Below the pieces are notes generated by a model that was given only the letters and a program-made list of their open reading frames with translations, was not told the DNA's origin and made no database searches. This document shows, piece by piece, positions 37,127 to 47,045 of a stretch of DNA of 64,000 nt. This DNA comes from a virus (lineage: Duplodnaviria; Heunggongvirae; Uroviricota; Caudoviricetes). A program made the position numbers and the translations under genes. The first letter of the stretch is position 1, and each line of letters begins with the position of its first letter. The DNA is taken from positions 179,550-243,549 of IMG/VR virus record IMGVR_UViG_3300028887_000066; one strand, written 5' to 3'.

Positions 37127-37528
37127 TTAATACCATGTCGTATGGGTTTCTAAGTATTTTTTGCGCTTAATCCTATATTTAGCAAGGTTTTCATTTTCCA
37201 ATTTATTAACGTATTCAAAAAAATCACCAATCGTTCTGAAGTTTGATTTATACCATACTAAATCCTTCTTATCTCTAATAAACAAAGGATGCAAATGATA
37301 CGGATCATCTTCGCTATATTGTTCTGATAAAGTACCGACAAAAAAATATAGAGGCTGATGCCAAGATGTGCTGTATTTCTTATGACGAGTAATCTTAAAC
37401 AAGCCAAATATACTTTTTTCCTCATCATATCTCAAGTCTTGGTTTGGATCAACCCTATACTCAAGCACATGGGATGAACTGGTATATACAACCGCCCTAA
37501 ATTCTATTTTTAAATCAGCGTAAGACAT
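37127..37528 (-). CDS. Hypothetical protein
   Basis: Tiling ORF. Confidence 0.6.
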   Translation of the reverse strand: MSYADLKIEFRAVVYTSSSHVLEYRVDPNQDLRYDEEKSIFGLFKITRHKKYSTSWHQPLYFFVGTLSEQYSEDDPYHLHPLFIRDKKDLVWYKSNFRTIGDFFEYVNKLENENLAKYRIKRKKYLETHTTWY

Positions 37529-37531
37529 ATC

Positions 37532-37738
37532 CTATTTGAAATTAATTCTTGTAATCCCCTTATATTCTGTCTGCTTATAGACATATTCACCATTTTCCTT
37601 TACATCCTCCATTGCCCTTACAGTCATAGTGCCGTCGTTTTCAACGACAATTTCATCAAAATCATCGTTATACCCGATAAGACATAGAGATTTGACATAC
37701 TCATTGCCTCTGTAAAGTTTTGCTTCCTGACTTTCCAT
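37532..37738 (-). CDS. Hypothetical protein
   Basis: Tiling ORF. Confidence 0.55.
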   Translation of the reverse strand: MESQEAKLYRGNEYVKSLCLIGYNDDFDEIVVENDGTMTVRAMEDVKENGEYVYKQTEYKGITRINFK

Positions 37739-37739
37739 A

Positions 37740-38021
37740 TTACTTACATTGATGTACGAATTTCCACTTAGTATATTGCTCTCTTATTTTCTGTTTGTCT
37801 GAAGATGTTAAAGCCTTTCCGTTATGATGACCAATATGCCATTTACCACATACAGGACATTTATAAGATACGGCCTTATGGATAGTCTCAGGTTTGAGAT
37901 TCAATTCAAAACATACTTTTTGTGCTTTTAATTCCGTGTCAAATCCAACTTTCGGACGTAGTACATGATTGCCGTCTATTGAATACTGTCCGACAGTATA
38001 ATGGCTACTATTATTACCCAT
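37740..38021 (-). CDS. Small Zn-binding phage protein (YKCPVCGKWHIGH)
   Basis: Likely start MGNNSS. Confidence 0.6.
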   Translation of the reverse strand: MGNNSSHYTVGQYSIDGNHVLRPKVGFDTELKAQKVCFELNLKPETIHKAVSYKCPVCGKWHIGHHNGKALTSSDKQKIREQYTKWKFVHQCK

Positions 38022-38022
38022 A

Positions 38023-38634
38023 TTATTCTTCATATAATGACCAATTACCACCACATTTACAGAATTTTTTTGCCACTTCCATAGCGTAATACTTATCACG
38101 CCATTTCTGATTTCCCCACTTATCCACAATATCAATATTACCTATTTTAGCGTACCAATGTATTCCATTTGGCCATTGAATGAATCTTACCTCATCAAAA
38201 TTGTATTCATAAGGGTAAACTAATTCATCTTTCCAAACTTCTTCCTCATATTCTGTTGGCCATTCTTTTGGTGGATAATAAGGAAGACCATCTGTAAAGA
38301 ACATTGGCTTTCCTGCAAGGAATCTGTTTACACGGTCTTCATATGTGCGTTTCTCCAATCCACATGCACCTTCAAGCCAATTCAACCCCTTAAGCTTCAT
38401 TTCACAAAGTTCTACAGCATTACACCATACAGAGCTGGAATGATTCATACTATCAAGATAAGGTTTTCCATCAATACTACTTTTCCTGATGCAAACATTA
38501 TCCTTGAAATCATCAAACCCCTGTTTAAACTCTCTGCCACAAATCTTGGTGAAATGATCTATGACATCCTGTAGAGTTTCTGGTTTCAAATACCATGTTT
38601 TATTAAATTTTACAAAATGATACATAGTTACCAA
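38023..38634 (-). CDS. Hypothetical protein
   Basis: 203 aa tiling ORF. Confidence 0.7.
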   Translation of the reverse strand: MVTMYHFVKFNKTWYLKPETLQDVIDHFTKICGREFKQGFDDFKDNVCIRKSSIDGKPYLDSMNHSSSVWCNAVELCEMKLKGLNWLEGACGLEKRTYEDRVNRFLAGKPMFFTDGLPYYPPKEWPTEYEEEVWKDELVYPYEYNFDEVRFIQWPNGIHWYAKIGNIDIVDKWGNQKWRDKYYAMEVAKKFCKCGGNWSLYEE

Positions 38635-38981
38635 GTTTTTAAGTATTTGGTGGTAATGGTGCGTGTAATCCCGTTATGTATGCGCACATCTTTTCTAATA
38701 ATGATATTGCCCTTTAACTCCGTCTTTCTTCCGCATAAGCCTTCGGCATTCAGTTCCTCTATGATACGTTCTTTTAGCCAAGGAAACAACTTCCAAAAAT
38801 TGTTCCATGTTTTTACGTTTCTTTTTAACGACGGTACTCTGATACGATAACCGCTTCCGCTTGCTCCGCCGTCACTGTAGTTGTAATAGTCCTTATTGTC
38901 CCTATGGACTATTTTAGCCTGATACCGATAATTTCCTGTTGACACAAAATGGCCGTGTCTTTTAATCTTTTTCAATGCCAT
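38628..38981 (-). CDS. Hypothetical basic protein
   Basis: ORF after promoter at ~39009. Confidence 0.65.
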   Translation of the reverse strand: MALKKIKRHGHFVSTGNYRYQAKIVHRDNKDYYNYSDGGASGSGYRIRVPSLKRNVKTWNNFWKLFPWLKERIIEELNAEGLCGRKTELKGNIIIRKDVRIHNGITRTITTKYLKTW

Positions 38982-39200
38982 AACTTTGCTTTTTATTGTT
39001 TATTCTAATGCAAAGATAGGTTTTTAATCCGATACCACCAAATTTTTATAAACCTAAACGCTTTTTGCTTAATGATGCCATATGGATGGCATATTTAGCC
39101 TTAACCTCATCTTCGGTTTTCCCCCATACGCCGTGGGCTTTATGTGCCTTATCGAACCAAAGGATTTCCCACTCCTTTGTTTCTGCATTGTAGTTAGTCC

Positions 39201-39461
39201 TCATGCCAAACACTCGTCAGGGGTTAATGGATGGTCATACTTCATCGACGGCCCATCCATGCGCTGTTTCATTTCGTTTATAATATCCTCACGGGAAGCC
39301 TTGAACAAATCATTTGCAAACCTATCCAATTCATCCCTGAACATAATGACGTATTCCCTTTCTGATTCATCCTCCTGTTTTGCAAAGTAGTGCCACTTTT
39401 CCTTCCAAAACTTTTCAACTATTTTTTCATACTCCTTCATACACCTTTTCGAAATTTTCAT
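39201..39461 (-). CDS. Hypothetical protein
   Basis: Tiling ORF. Confidence 0.55.
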   Translation of the reverse strand: MKISKRCMKEYEKIVEKFWKEKWHYFAKQEDESEREYVIMFRDELDRFANDLFKASREDIINEMKQRMDGPSMKYDHPLTPDECLA

Positions 39462-39831
39462 CTACTTTATTGGCCGTCATTGAGATTGCCTTACCATCAT
39501 TAAGCAACTCACAGATATAATCAGCCTCTCCAAGCTCATTGATACCTGTATCTGTGATTTTGTACATAATGGATGGATTATGTTTACTTTTGATGGTGTT
39601 ACCTATTTGAAACTTCATGGAATATTCTAATTCCCCATCCTTGACGAATTCCCTGTAAAAGGACTCCTTTTCTCTTGCAAACATTTCGTATTGGTTCTCA
39701 TACAACGGTGAATAAATGACACAATCAACCCAATCACCGTTGCTATCCTTTAACCGTGCATTATCTGACACTAAGGTATATTTCCTGTTATACTTCTTGT
39801 GAATCCACACTTCTCTTTTCATATTGATCAA
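39427..39831 (-). CDS. Hypothetical protein (DUF1653-like N-terminus)
   Basis: W.HK...Y.LV...CVIY..LY...FAREKESF..EF pattern. Confidence 0.5.
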   Translation of the reverse strand: MINMKREVWIHKKYNRKYTLVSDNARLKDSNGDWVDCVIYSPLYENQYEMFAREKESFYREFVKDGELEYSMKFQIGNTIKSKHNPSIMYKITDTGINELGEADYICELLNDGKAISMTANKVDENFEKVYEGV

Positions 39832-39848
39832 AATTTAAACATGCATAT

Positions 39849-40088
39849 TTAATAGCCTAAAATCTCTTCATATTCATGTATTTCGTCATAGTATAGTTCT
39901 ATAACGTCTAAAATGGCCTTTTTACCCCAATCACTGTTTAATGCCTCCTCAAATTTTTCATCGAGGTCTTGTTCAAGATATTCATCACTTTTTCGATACT
40001 CTTTTGGGTAGCTCCAATATGAATGTTCAACTATTCGTTCCTTAAAATCTTTAATGAACTCTTCAAGATTGTTTCCAAAGTTAATCAT
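39849..40088 (-). CDS. Hypothetical acidic protein
   Basis: Tiling ORF. Confidence 0.55.
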   Translation of the reverse strand: MINFGNNLEEFIKDFKERIVEHSYWSYPKEYRKSDEYLEQDLDEKFEEALNSDWGKKAILDVIELYYDEIHEYEEILGY

Positions 40089-40286
40089 TATAAAATTAAA
40101 TTATGTATTTTATTTTTTGATGTTACTCTTTCTTTTTTAGTACCTCGTAAGAAAGCATACCGACATACGCCGTAAGTATAGTTGTATTCGTTATTTCCAT
40201 TCCGAATAACTTGTTATTCATCAACGTAACTAAGAATGCAAACAAACACATCGCAAACATTTTCAAAAGTATGATAAGTGTATTCT

Positions 40287-40673
40287 TCATAGCATCTTAT
40301 TTTCAAGTAAATCAACTAATAAGGTATATGCGGCATCCACAGGGTCATCAGCCTCTTTCGTTCCAAATGGCATATTGAAATAGTATGCTTGCCATGTATA
40401 TTCGCCTCCCCTCTTACCGAACATACAATGATGATCATTTATTTTCGGAATTAGACTTAGCAAGGTTGAGAGTGACCATGCTGGAACATAGTCATCGTTG
40501 TTTTCACGTATGATGTCCTCAACCATGTGGTGATTATCCAAATGACATTCCCACTTTTTTCCAAGCCTATCCCAAAACATATCGGCGGTATCAGGATCAA
40601 CGCCAAGTTCTATCAATTTCCTTGACTGTTCCAAATCAGTCCCTACCTTGTATTTCTTCTTTTCCTTTTTCAT
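40287..40673 (-). CDS. Hypothetical protein, paralog family A
   Basis: TDLEQSRKLIELG...TAD...PAWSL. Confidence 0.7.
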   Translation of the reverse strand: MKKEKKKYKVGTDLEQSRKLIELGVDPDTADMFWDRLGKKWECHLDNHHMVEDIIRENNDDYVPAWSLSTLLSLIPKINDHHCMFGKRGGEYTWQAYYFNMPFGTKEADDPVDAAYTLLVDLLENKML

Positions 40674-40893
40674 CTTCTTTCAAACCTAATTGTCTGTCAA
40701 TATAATCAAGTATATGCAGTATCGGAAATTTGTATCCGTTAGCAGCCGCAAAATTTATTTCGTCCTTAACAGCAATTAACCCCCGTTTTATACCGTTGAT
40801 ATATGCCTCCTCTACAATAGTGTTAGGTACGCCTATTGATGGGAATTGCTCATAAGCAAATTTCTCTGCTGCTTTTTCTAATTTGTCATCCAT
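40636..40893 (-). CDS. Hypothetical protein
   Basis: Tiling ORF. Confidence 0.55.
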   Translation of the reverse strand: MDDKLEKAAEKFAYEQFPSIGVPNTIVEEAYINGIKRGLIAVKDEINFAAANGYKFPILHILDYIDRQLGLKEDEKGKEEIQGRD

Positions 40894-40896
40894 ACC

Positions 40897-41154
40897 TTAA
40901 TCTCCTATAGTATCCAAGAATTCACACGCAGAGCCTTCACAACCGAATATATCATTCAAGTCGTTCCTTTGCCTGTATATTGAAAGCTCCTCCAAAACCT
41001 CATGAGCGAGATCAGCAGCCATTTTCAGTATCTCATATATCGGTTTCCCATTAATACTGACCTCTACCTGTGTTTTCGTTTCTATTTTTGGCGTAAACAT
41101 ACTATTCTTCCTTTTTCCTATTTTTTGTGTTATCCTTCCATATGGAATAACCAA
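40897..41154 (-). CDS. Hypothetical protein
   Basis: Tiling ORF. Confidence 0.5.
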   Translation of the reverse strand: MVIPYGRITQKIGKRKNSMFTPKIETKTQVEVSINGKPIYEILKMAADLAHEVLEELSIYRQRNDLNDIFGCEGSACEFLDTIGD

Positions 41155-41201
41155 TGTACATTATGATTATTACTGATATGCAAGTGCATATATCAACAAT
41201 A

Positions 41202-41651
41202 TCAGTTCTCTCTAATACTATCATAATCGGGTATAATATTTTTAAACATCTTATTTACCAAATTTTCCCTTAGGCTTTCCATTTTCTCAATTTCACTCTG
41301 CAAATCCCTGACTTTATTATGAAACAGGTCATGATATACCTTATTCAATTGCTCAGGATTATCGTGACACACCACCAATGCTCCGAACTCCAATGCCAAA
41401 TGCCAATAATACTTATCATATACCACCCAAGGTTCATTGATATTCTCATTGGCAACAGTTAGTTCCTTCCTTTGACGTTTCCCATTACTGTCATTATGCT
41501 TAAACCGTATGGTAACACCGTATTCAGTCACCTTATGATTGATTACATAAGATTCCTGAAATTCATAGCAAGGGACATTATCCTCATCGAGAATAGGGAC
41601 AAGCAGATACAATTTGTCATTCGGTTTCAAATCCTTCCAATTCTTAGCCAT
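41202..41651 (-). CDS. Hypothetical protein
   Basis: Tiling ORF. Confidence 0.65.
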   Translation of the reverse strand: MAKNWKDLKPNDKLYLLVPILDEDNVPCYEFQESYVINHKVTEYGVTIRFKHNDSNGKRQRKELTVANENINEPWVVYDKYYWHLALEFGALVVCHDNPEQLNKVYHDLFHNKVRDLQSEIEKMESLRENLVNKMFKNIIPDYDSIREN

Positions 41652-41934
41652 TGTTGTTTCTTTTCTTTTCCTCTTCCAACGCTTTATAAGCGAGTCTTGC
41701 CGTATAGTTCCTTAGGCAATAGTCATTCTTTATCTCACCATTCTTTGCTTCATCGGATAGCAACATAAGTTTATTCCCTATCCAAAACAATGCATTTGTT
41801 TTTTGGTCAATCAGCCAATCAAACGGCTTTTCCAATAGCATCAACACTAATAGAATAGCCGATATTGGCAGCGTTATGACAAATAGTATAATATTAACCC
41901 ATAATTGGATTTTTGATGCGGTTTTTAATTTCAT
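41644..41934 (-). CDS. Hypothetical membrane protein
   Basis: TM stretch IILFVITLPISAILLVLMLL. Confidence 0.6.
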   Translation of the reverse strand: MKLKTASKIQLWVNIILFVITLPISAILLVLMLLEKPFDWLIDQKTNALFWIGNKLMLLSDEAKNGEIKNDYCLRNYTARLAYKALEEEKKRNNNG

Positions 41935-42055
41935 ACCTTTAACAGTTCTTTTACAGTTTCAAATAATCTTGTCAATGGATCTATTTGATCATCGCTGTTT
42001 CTAATATCCTCAATGCAATCCATCAAGACTTCACGTTCCTTTTTCGTCATAATTA

Positions 42056-42292
42056 CTAACCCATAAATTTATCACCAATTTTCATAGCCAAGGCTTCTTC
42101 CTTGGTTTTAAAGAAATGATGCTCAGTGCCTTTATGCCCGTAACATTCATATTCTATCTCAAGAGTCCAATATCCGTTACGCTCTACAGGCTCTCCAAGT
42201 ATCTTTGTCACATAATGCTCAAGCAGGTTCATATTATTTGATAGATTTAACAGTGTACTCAATATCACCCCAATAGTCAGGCTTGCCTTCAA
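42056..42292 (-). CDS. Hypothetical protein
   Basis: Tiling ORF; true start probably MNLLEH. Confidence 0.5.
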   Translation of the reverse strand: MKASLTIGVILSTLLNLSNNMNLLEHYVTKILGEPVERNGYWTLEIEYECYGHKGTEHHFFKTKEEALAMKIGDKFMG

Positions 42293-43019
42293 TTCTTACT
42301 GTATATTCCTTATCGGGGTCAATGTCGTTGCAATGCTCATATATTCCCAAGAAAAGAACGGAGTCGCCATACACATGCTGTTTTATATTACTGCCTTTGA
42401 GAATGGTTTCCTTACAGGTAAGCAGGCTGTCGCTTCCATTGATAACAACGACATCCTTATAGCTCTTGTTTCTGATGTAAGATTCGATTTCGTCAAAACG
42501 TCCCTCCTTGATTTCCTGATCAATGTGGTTCGGAAACATTTCATCTATTCTCTTCATTACATCCTCTCTCATATCGGCAGGGTACAGTTTAGGCTCGTGA
42601 GAATATTTGCCATCATCATACCAAGCCTCCCTATAGGATAACGGAAGCACATTTTCATTAGGCTTCACGCCACCGTCTTCAAAATACTCCTTTGAGCTGT
42701 TGGAAATAATACTCCTGTATACGGCAATAATGGCATCCTCCTGTGATAAATCCATAATATCGTACCACTTGGCACGTCTGATGGTTTCATTTACCTCATT
42801 GAAGAAATATGACAGGTCAAGCTGATGCTTATAACCGAACAGCGGGTCATTCCGCAATTCATCCAAACGATGCAGACACCATGTTGCCACATCCTGTTTT
42901 GTCTGAACAGTCCAACCGTCAGCGTCTATACAGTGAACGAAATCCATCCACCACTTATCGATGTTACCACGAACCTTATACCATCCCTTGCAATACAATG
43001 CTACATTTCCAAACTTCAT
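42234..43019 (-). CDS. Hypothetical protein
   Basis: 261 aa; own promoter at 43045-43078. Confidence 0.7.
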   Translation of the reverse strand: MKFGNVALYCKGWYKVRGNIDKWWMDFVHCIDADGWTVQTKQDVATWCLHRLDELRNDPLFGYKHQLDLSYFFNEVNETIRRAKWYDIMDLSQEDAIIAVYRSIISNSSKEYFEDGGVKPNENVLPLSYREAWYDDGKYSHEPKLYPADMREDVMKRIDEMFPNHIDQEIKEGRFDEIESYIRNKSYKDVVVINGSDSLLTCKETILKGSNIKQHVYGDSVLFLGIYEHCNDIDPDKEYTVRIEGKPDYWGDIEYTVKSIK

Positions 43020-43078
43020 AATTCTGTATTTTTATTGTTTATGGTGCAAATATAGGATTTTTATCCGAATTGGCCAAA

Positions 43079-43462
43079 TCAAATATGAATTCCGTGAATA
43101 TATTGAGTGGTTCCCTCGATGAAATAAAGGGTTTCTCTACAAACCAAGAATTTTTGCAGATACAATCCCATCCAAGTAAGGCAATTGTCATCCTTAATAT
43201 CAAATTCCGTGGAATCATATATTTTCCATATCTTATCGAGATTACCAAACAATTCCTTGCTTCTTAAAAATGCGTCATTTTCATCTGTCCCCTCCTTCAA
43301 TAACGGATAAATCAGGTTATCGAACAGCTTCTTATGCATTTCTATACGCCGCATTTCAAGCTGATACGGGGAATGCCAATCGTCGGCATCTTCCTTATAT
43401 TGCTCAATCGCCTGTATTGCAAACAGATAATCCAATATATCCTTGTCTATGTCTTTCCTCAT
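43079..43462 (-). CDS. Hypothetical protein
   Basis: Tiling ORF. Confidence 0.6.
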   Translation of the reverse strand: MRKDIDKDILDYLFAIQAIEQYKEDADDWHSPYQLEMRRIEMHKKLFDNLIYPLLKEGTDENDAFLRSKELFGNLDKIWKIYDSTEFDIKDDNCLTWMGLYLQKFLVCRETLYFIEGTTQYIHGIHI

Positions 43463-43791
43463 AAGTCATTCTCCTCCATAATTCTTTCATATTCTTTGTA
43501 ATTGTTGTCTCTCCATTCCTTAGCTTCCTCAATTAGGTAATATGGTACATTTCCCGCATCGCCCGATGCACATAATCCAACACCATTCTCCTCAAGATAA
43601 ATCTGATATGCCATAAACGCCTTGTAGTCGCTCTCTTTGGCTGTGCCGTCATATGCATGAACTAAGAAAAGCATTCCAATACACACCACTATTACTGAAA
43701 TAAGGTTCGGGTATATTGGAAAAGATATAAATCCCAATAACACCAAACCCATACCAATAAACTCAAAACGTATTCTATTTCGTATACTCAT
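43459..43791 (-). CDS. Hypothetical membrane protein
   Basis: Two N-terminal TM helices. Confidence 0.6.
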   Translation of the reverse strand: MSIRNRIRFEFIGMGLVLLGFISFPIYPNLISVIVVCIGMLFLVHAYDGTAKESDYKAFMAYQIYLEENGVGLCASGDAGNVPYYLIEEAKEWRDNNYKEYERIMEENDL

Positions 43792-43941
43792 TCCTTAATC
43801 TTTGTATTGTCCGAATTGATAAATTATTTCCCATTGTTTTTGATAGTGTAAGCACATCCTTTGTCTTCATCCCATTAAGCAACAGGGAAATTTCATAATC
43901 ATATTTCTGAGCTAACCTTAAATGCTCATTTTCCTTGTTTT

Positions 43942-44355
43942 TCATAGCTTCAACTCAATGTTAATCTCAAAAAACCTAATAAGATGCTGTAGTTCATGGA
44001 CATATCTCACTTCACCATTATAGTCCTTCTTTGTAACTTGGTTATAAATGTGGGAACATCGTAGGTGTTGCAGATCAATAAGAACAAGCTGCAAATCAAC
44101 ATCGGGGTCTGAAAACTGTTTGAATTTGTAGGCGGTCTTGTCATCATATATTGGCTCAAAACCATTCTTCTCAAATATCTCAGGTGATAATGGCAGTGGC
44201 TTTATGAGATCATATTCAATGCTTAGTGTGGTGCGTTTTGTTTCGACAATACATCCTTCACCGTGAATCGATATAACTTTTCCTATTTCTTCTGGAAAAT
44301 TCTCACATTCAGGAACTATTATATAATCACCTATTTGCAAATCTTGTGGTTTCAT
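43942..44355 (-). CDS. Hypothetical protein, paralog family B
   Basis: MKPQDLQIGD...YVHELQH. Confidence 0.7.
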   Translation of the reverse strand: MKPQDLQIGDYIIVPECENFPEEIGKVISIHGEGCIVETKRTTLSIEYDLIKPLPLSPEIFEKNGFEPIYDDKTAYKFKQFSDPDVDLQLVLIDLQHLRCSHIYNQVTKKDYNGEVRYVHELQHLIRFFEINIELKL

Positions 44356-44382
44356 ATATCAGGAGTGTTCTTATTTGACTTA

Positions 44383-44634
44383 TTAATCTTTATTTAACCG
44401 CCTATTAAATTCTTCGACGACAAGTGGCGATGGTTTATTAGCGGATGCTAAGTATTTGTAATAAAGCTTTTTACATATAAATGGATTTCCATTACAGCCA
44501 TTTTTCTTGCTATTAGACCAAGGAAGCATACATTCAGGATAACCATCATCCCACCACTCACACTTACACCCAAATTCGGATAATAAACGATTTATTTTTC
44601 TATCGACAGTGGTTCTCTGCTTATTCTTTCCCAT
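44383..44634 (-). CDS. Hypothetical Cys-rich protein
   Basis: Tiling ORF. Confidence 0.55.
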   Translation of the reverse strand: MGKNKQRTTVDRKINRLLSEFGCKCEWWDDGYPECMLPWSNSKKNGCNGNPFICKKLYYKYLASANKPSPLVVEEFNRRLNKD

Positions 44635-44640
44635 TTTACA

Positions 44641-44868
44641 CTATAACTCATTATCTGTTGTTTCAGGCTCCTCATTCCCTAACATTGAAAGGATGACACC
44701 CCTCAATACGTCAATGTTACCTATTGCCATTGACAATGGTGTACCGTCAAGTCTTACCCTGTCGGCCAATAATGTATGAAGAATACCCAAACCGTTATAC
44801 GTGTGGACTAATGTCTCCTTTGATTCCATACTCAAAGGTATGGTCTTGATGTATTCACTTGTAAGCAT
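44641..44868 (-). CDS. Hypothetical protein
   Basis: Tiling ORF. Confidence 0.55.
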   Translation of the reverse strand: MLTSEYIKTIPLSMESKETLVHTYNGLGILHTLLADRVRLDGTPLSMAIGNIDVLRGVILSMLGNEEPETTDNEL

Positions 44869-44876
44869 AAATTCAA

Positions 44877-45071
44877 TTACGGTAAATTAACGGGTACTAC
44901 TGTATTTGTATCGTAGTCTCTCATATATTCCCAAAGCACGTTATTAACCTCAATTCCTATTTCGGAATGGCTAAACCATATGTAGCCACCACACTCATCA
45001 TTGGTGCGCCGTGGCTTGTTTTTCCATAGCTGTATAAGCCCCGTACTGTCCTTAGTCAAATATACTGTCAT
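44877..45071 (-). CDS. Hypothetical protein
   Basis: Tiling ORF. Confidence 0.55.
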   Translation of the reverse strand: MTVYLTKDSTGLIQLWKNKPRRTNDECGGYIWFSHSEIGIEVNNVLWEYMRDYDTNTVVPVNLP

Positions 45072-45472
45072 AGTAAGTCATTGTCATATAATAGGCCAAT
45101 TGTCCTGTTTCCAGCATACGGGAAATATAGGATAACATCTTCATCATCCCATTTAAACTTACCATCCACCTTATTGCACTTAGCAACGGTGAACTTACCG
45201 TCTTTCTTGATACAAAGATACGAATTTGGGACGAAACATGAATTACATGGAGCGATCGGATTTTCCTTCGCCACCACTAAATCGCCAATCTTATGTGCGG
45301 CAGACCTAAGAATATACTCCCAATGGTTAGCGTCATCACCCAAAACCATTGCAATATCATTCAGACCGCCATATATCCCTTGTCCCGAACATAGCAGGGA
45401 CTGTAAATCCTCTAATCTATTCTCACCTCCCAAATAAACGGGATGCGCTTCATGTGGATATTGTATTTCCAT
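45068..45472 (-). CDS. Hypothetical protein
   Basis: Tiling ORF. Confidence 0.6.
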   Translation of the reverse strand: MEIQYPHEAHPVYLGGENRLEDLQSLLCSGQGIYGGLNDIAMVLGDDANHWEYILRSAAHKIGDLVVAKENPIAPCNSCFVPNSYLCIKKDGKFTVAKCNKVDGKFKWDDEDVILYFPYAGNRTIGLLYDNDLL

Positions 45473-45473
45473 A

Positions 45474-45833
45474 TTATTTCTTTAAGTTTTGTTCTTTCAA
45501 ATACCAACAAGTAGCCTCATATATTGCATAAAGCAATGAGTCATTCTCCCAAGTCTTTTCTCCGACCGTTATAACATAGCCTTTATCGGAAGCATTTATA
45601 TCGATTGCCATTCTTTTACGCATTTCGTCAATCAATGCCTCGGCACTCCACCCAAACATCTTTGTCATAGGACTCTCATCTGTCCTGAGATACGGGTATA
45701 TTTTCGGTTTTTTTAGAACATATCCACGCTCATCACAGACGGCCGCATAGAAGCATATGTCGGCGGTGTCGGTGTTCATACCTAATTCGACAAGCTTTTG
45801 TCCTTCTTCAAATGTAGTATACCTTATTCCCAT
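45474..45833 (-). CDS. Hypothetical protein, paralog family A
   Basis: YTTFEEGQKLVELG...TAD. Confidence 0.65.
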   Translation of the reverse strand: MGIRYTTFEEGQKLVELGMNTDTADICFYAAVCDERGYVLKKPKIYPYLRTDESPMTKMFGWSAEALIDEMRKRMAIDINASDKGYVITVGEKTWENDSLLYAIYEATCWYLKEQNLKK

Positions 45834-46084
45834 GATATTTCAACTTTACAATCGCTGATTTTTGACAGTTCCTCAAGAAGCTCCATTTCCTTATAAACGA
45901 AATCATCAAGCTTCTTCCTATACTCCTTTTCTTTCTCTTGAACCTCCTTGTGCCATTTCTGATATTCCTTGCCGTATATATCGTGCTGATAACGGACATG
46001 GTTCAATTCAGTTCTTAATTCTTCCGCAGACATAATATTACTTGAATGTAATTTTTGTAAATCTATTGGTAACTTCCCTGTCAT
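45824..46084 (-). CDS. Hypothetical coiled-coil protein
   Basis: Tiling ORF. Confidence 0.55.
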   Translation of the reverse strand: MTGKLPIDLQKLHSSNIMSAEELRTELNHVRYQHDIYGKEYQKWHKEVQEKEKEYRKKLDDFVYKEMELLEELSKISDCKVEISWE

Positions 46085-46295
46085 TGATCATATCCTCAAT
46101 GACTTTCTTTTCCCAAGCCCTTTCCTCATCATCCCTGAAAATGTACAGTTTTTCGATAAAATATTCTACTATCTCATCAATTGTCTTTTTCTGATTGAAA
46201 TAGAGGTCTTTAGCTTCGGACTTGATACTTTCAAACGTATGGATTACCCATTGTCTATTAGGCGGCTCCAAATATTCATCTATGTAACGTCTCAT
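46038..46295 (-). CDS. Hypothetical protein
   Basis: Tiling ORF. Confidence 0.55.
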   Translation of the reverse strand: MRRYIDEYLEPPNRQWVIHTFESIKSEAKDLYFNQKKTIDEIVEYFIEKLYIFRDDEERAWEKKVIEDMINDREVTNRFTKITFK

Positions 46296-46609
46296 TTCGG
46301 TAGTTTAAACGTGAAATTAGCTGGGTAGCTTTCATTGTACGCAGGCTTGTCATAATTTACAATCCATCCAACCCTTCTGTATGTAGGCTCAATATCAAGC
46401 CAATGGTTCTTAAACAGCATACTTCTTATGTTTGCATTTTCACCATAGTCGGGAGCATACTTTAAAACATAGGAAATCAATTCATCTTGTGTGAAATGTG
46501 ACTCCCTCATTAATTCCTGATAATGTGCCTGAATGCATTCATTCGCGCCCTTGATAACCCATTCGGGGATAATCTGAGTAATCTCAGATGGTTTAATCGG
46601 TTCTACCAT
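46292..46609 (-). CDS. Conserved phage protein (WLDIExxYRxxGWxVxYDKP)
   Basis: Motif recurrent in phages. Confidence 0.65.
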   Translation of the reverse strand: MVEPIKPSEITQIIPEWVIKGANECIQAHYQELMRESHFTQDELISYVLKYAPDYGENANIRSMLFKNHWLDIEPTYRRVGWIVNYDKPAYNESYPANFTFKLPK

Positions 46610-46612
46610 AAC

Positions 46613-46972
46613 TTATAATTCAATATCTAACTTTATTTTGCATACCTTGAGGATATGCTGTAATTCATGAACGTATTGGAACGTGGTGAAATATTCATCA
46701 GGTTTCCCATGATACGACACGCCAAAAAAGCCTGCCGTTATATAACTGACAGTGAGCCTATTAGGTATTTTCCCGAAAAACCAATCATTGCCGTCATTGA
46801 CAAAACCATTCTTTTCAAGAATTTCATTTGTGAACTTTATAGGCTCGAACTTGCAATGACTCCTGACAAAATGCTCAATGGTCATACGCTTCCGCATACC
46901 CATTAACGGGAAATCGGTGATCAACACCCAATCGCCAACCATCAGTTCAGACTTATCTAACAAGTTTTCCAT
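46613..46972 (-). CDS. Hypothetical protein, paralog family B
   Basis: ELMVGDW...EILEKNGF...YVHELQH. Confidence 0.7.
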   Translation of the reverse strand: MENLLDKSELMVGDWVLITDFPLMGMRKRMTIEHFVRSHCKFEPIKFTNEILEKNGFVNDGNDWFFGKIPNRLTVSYITAGFFGVSYHGKPDEYFTTFQYVHELQHILKVCKIKLDIEL

Positions 46973-47045
46973 AATTCGTTATTTTAACTGTTACAATGCA
47001 AATATAAGATTATTATTTTAGATGACAAAATATATGGACTATTTT

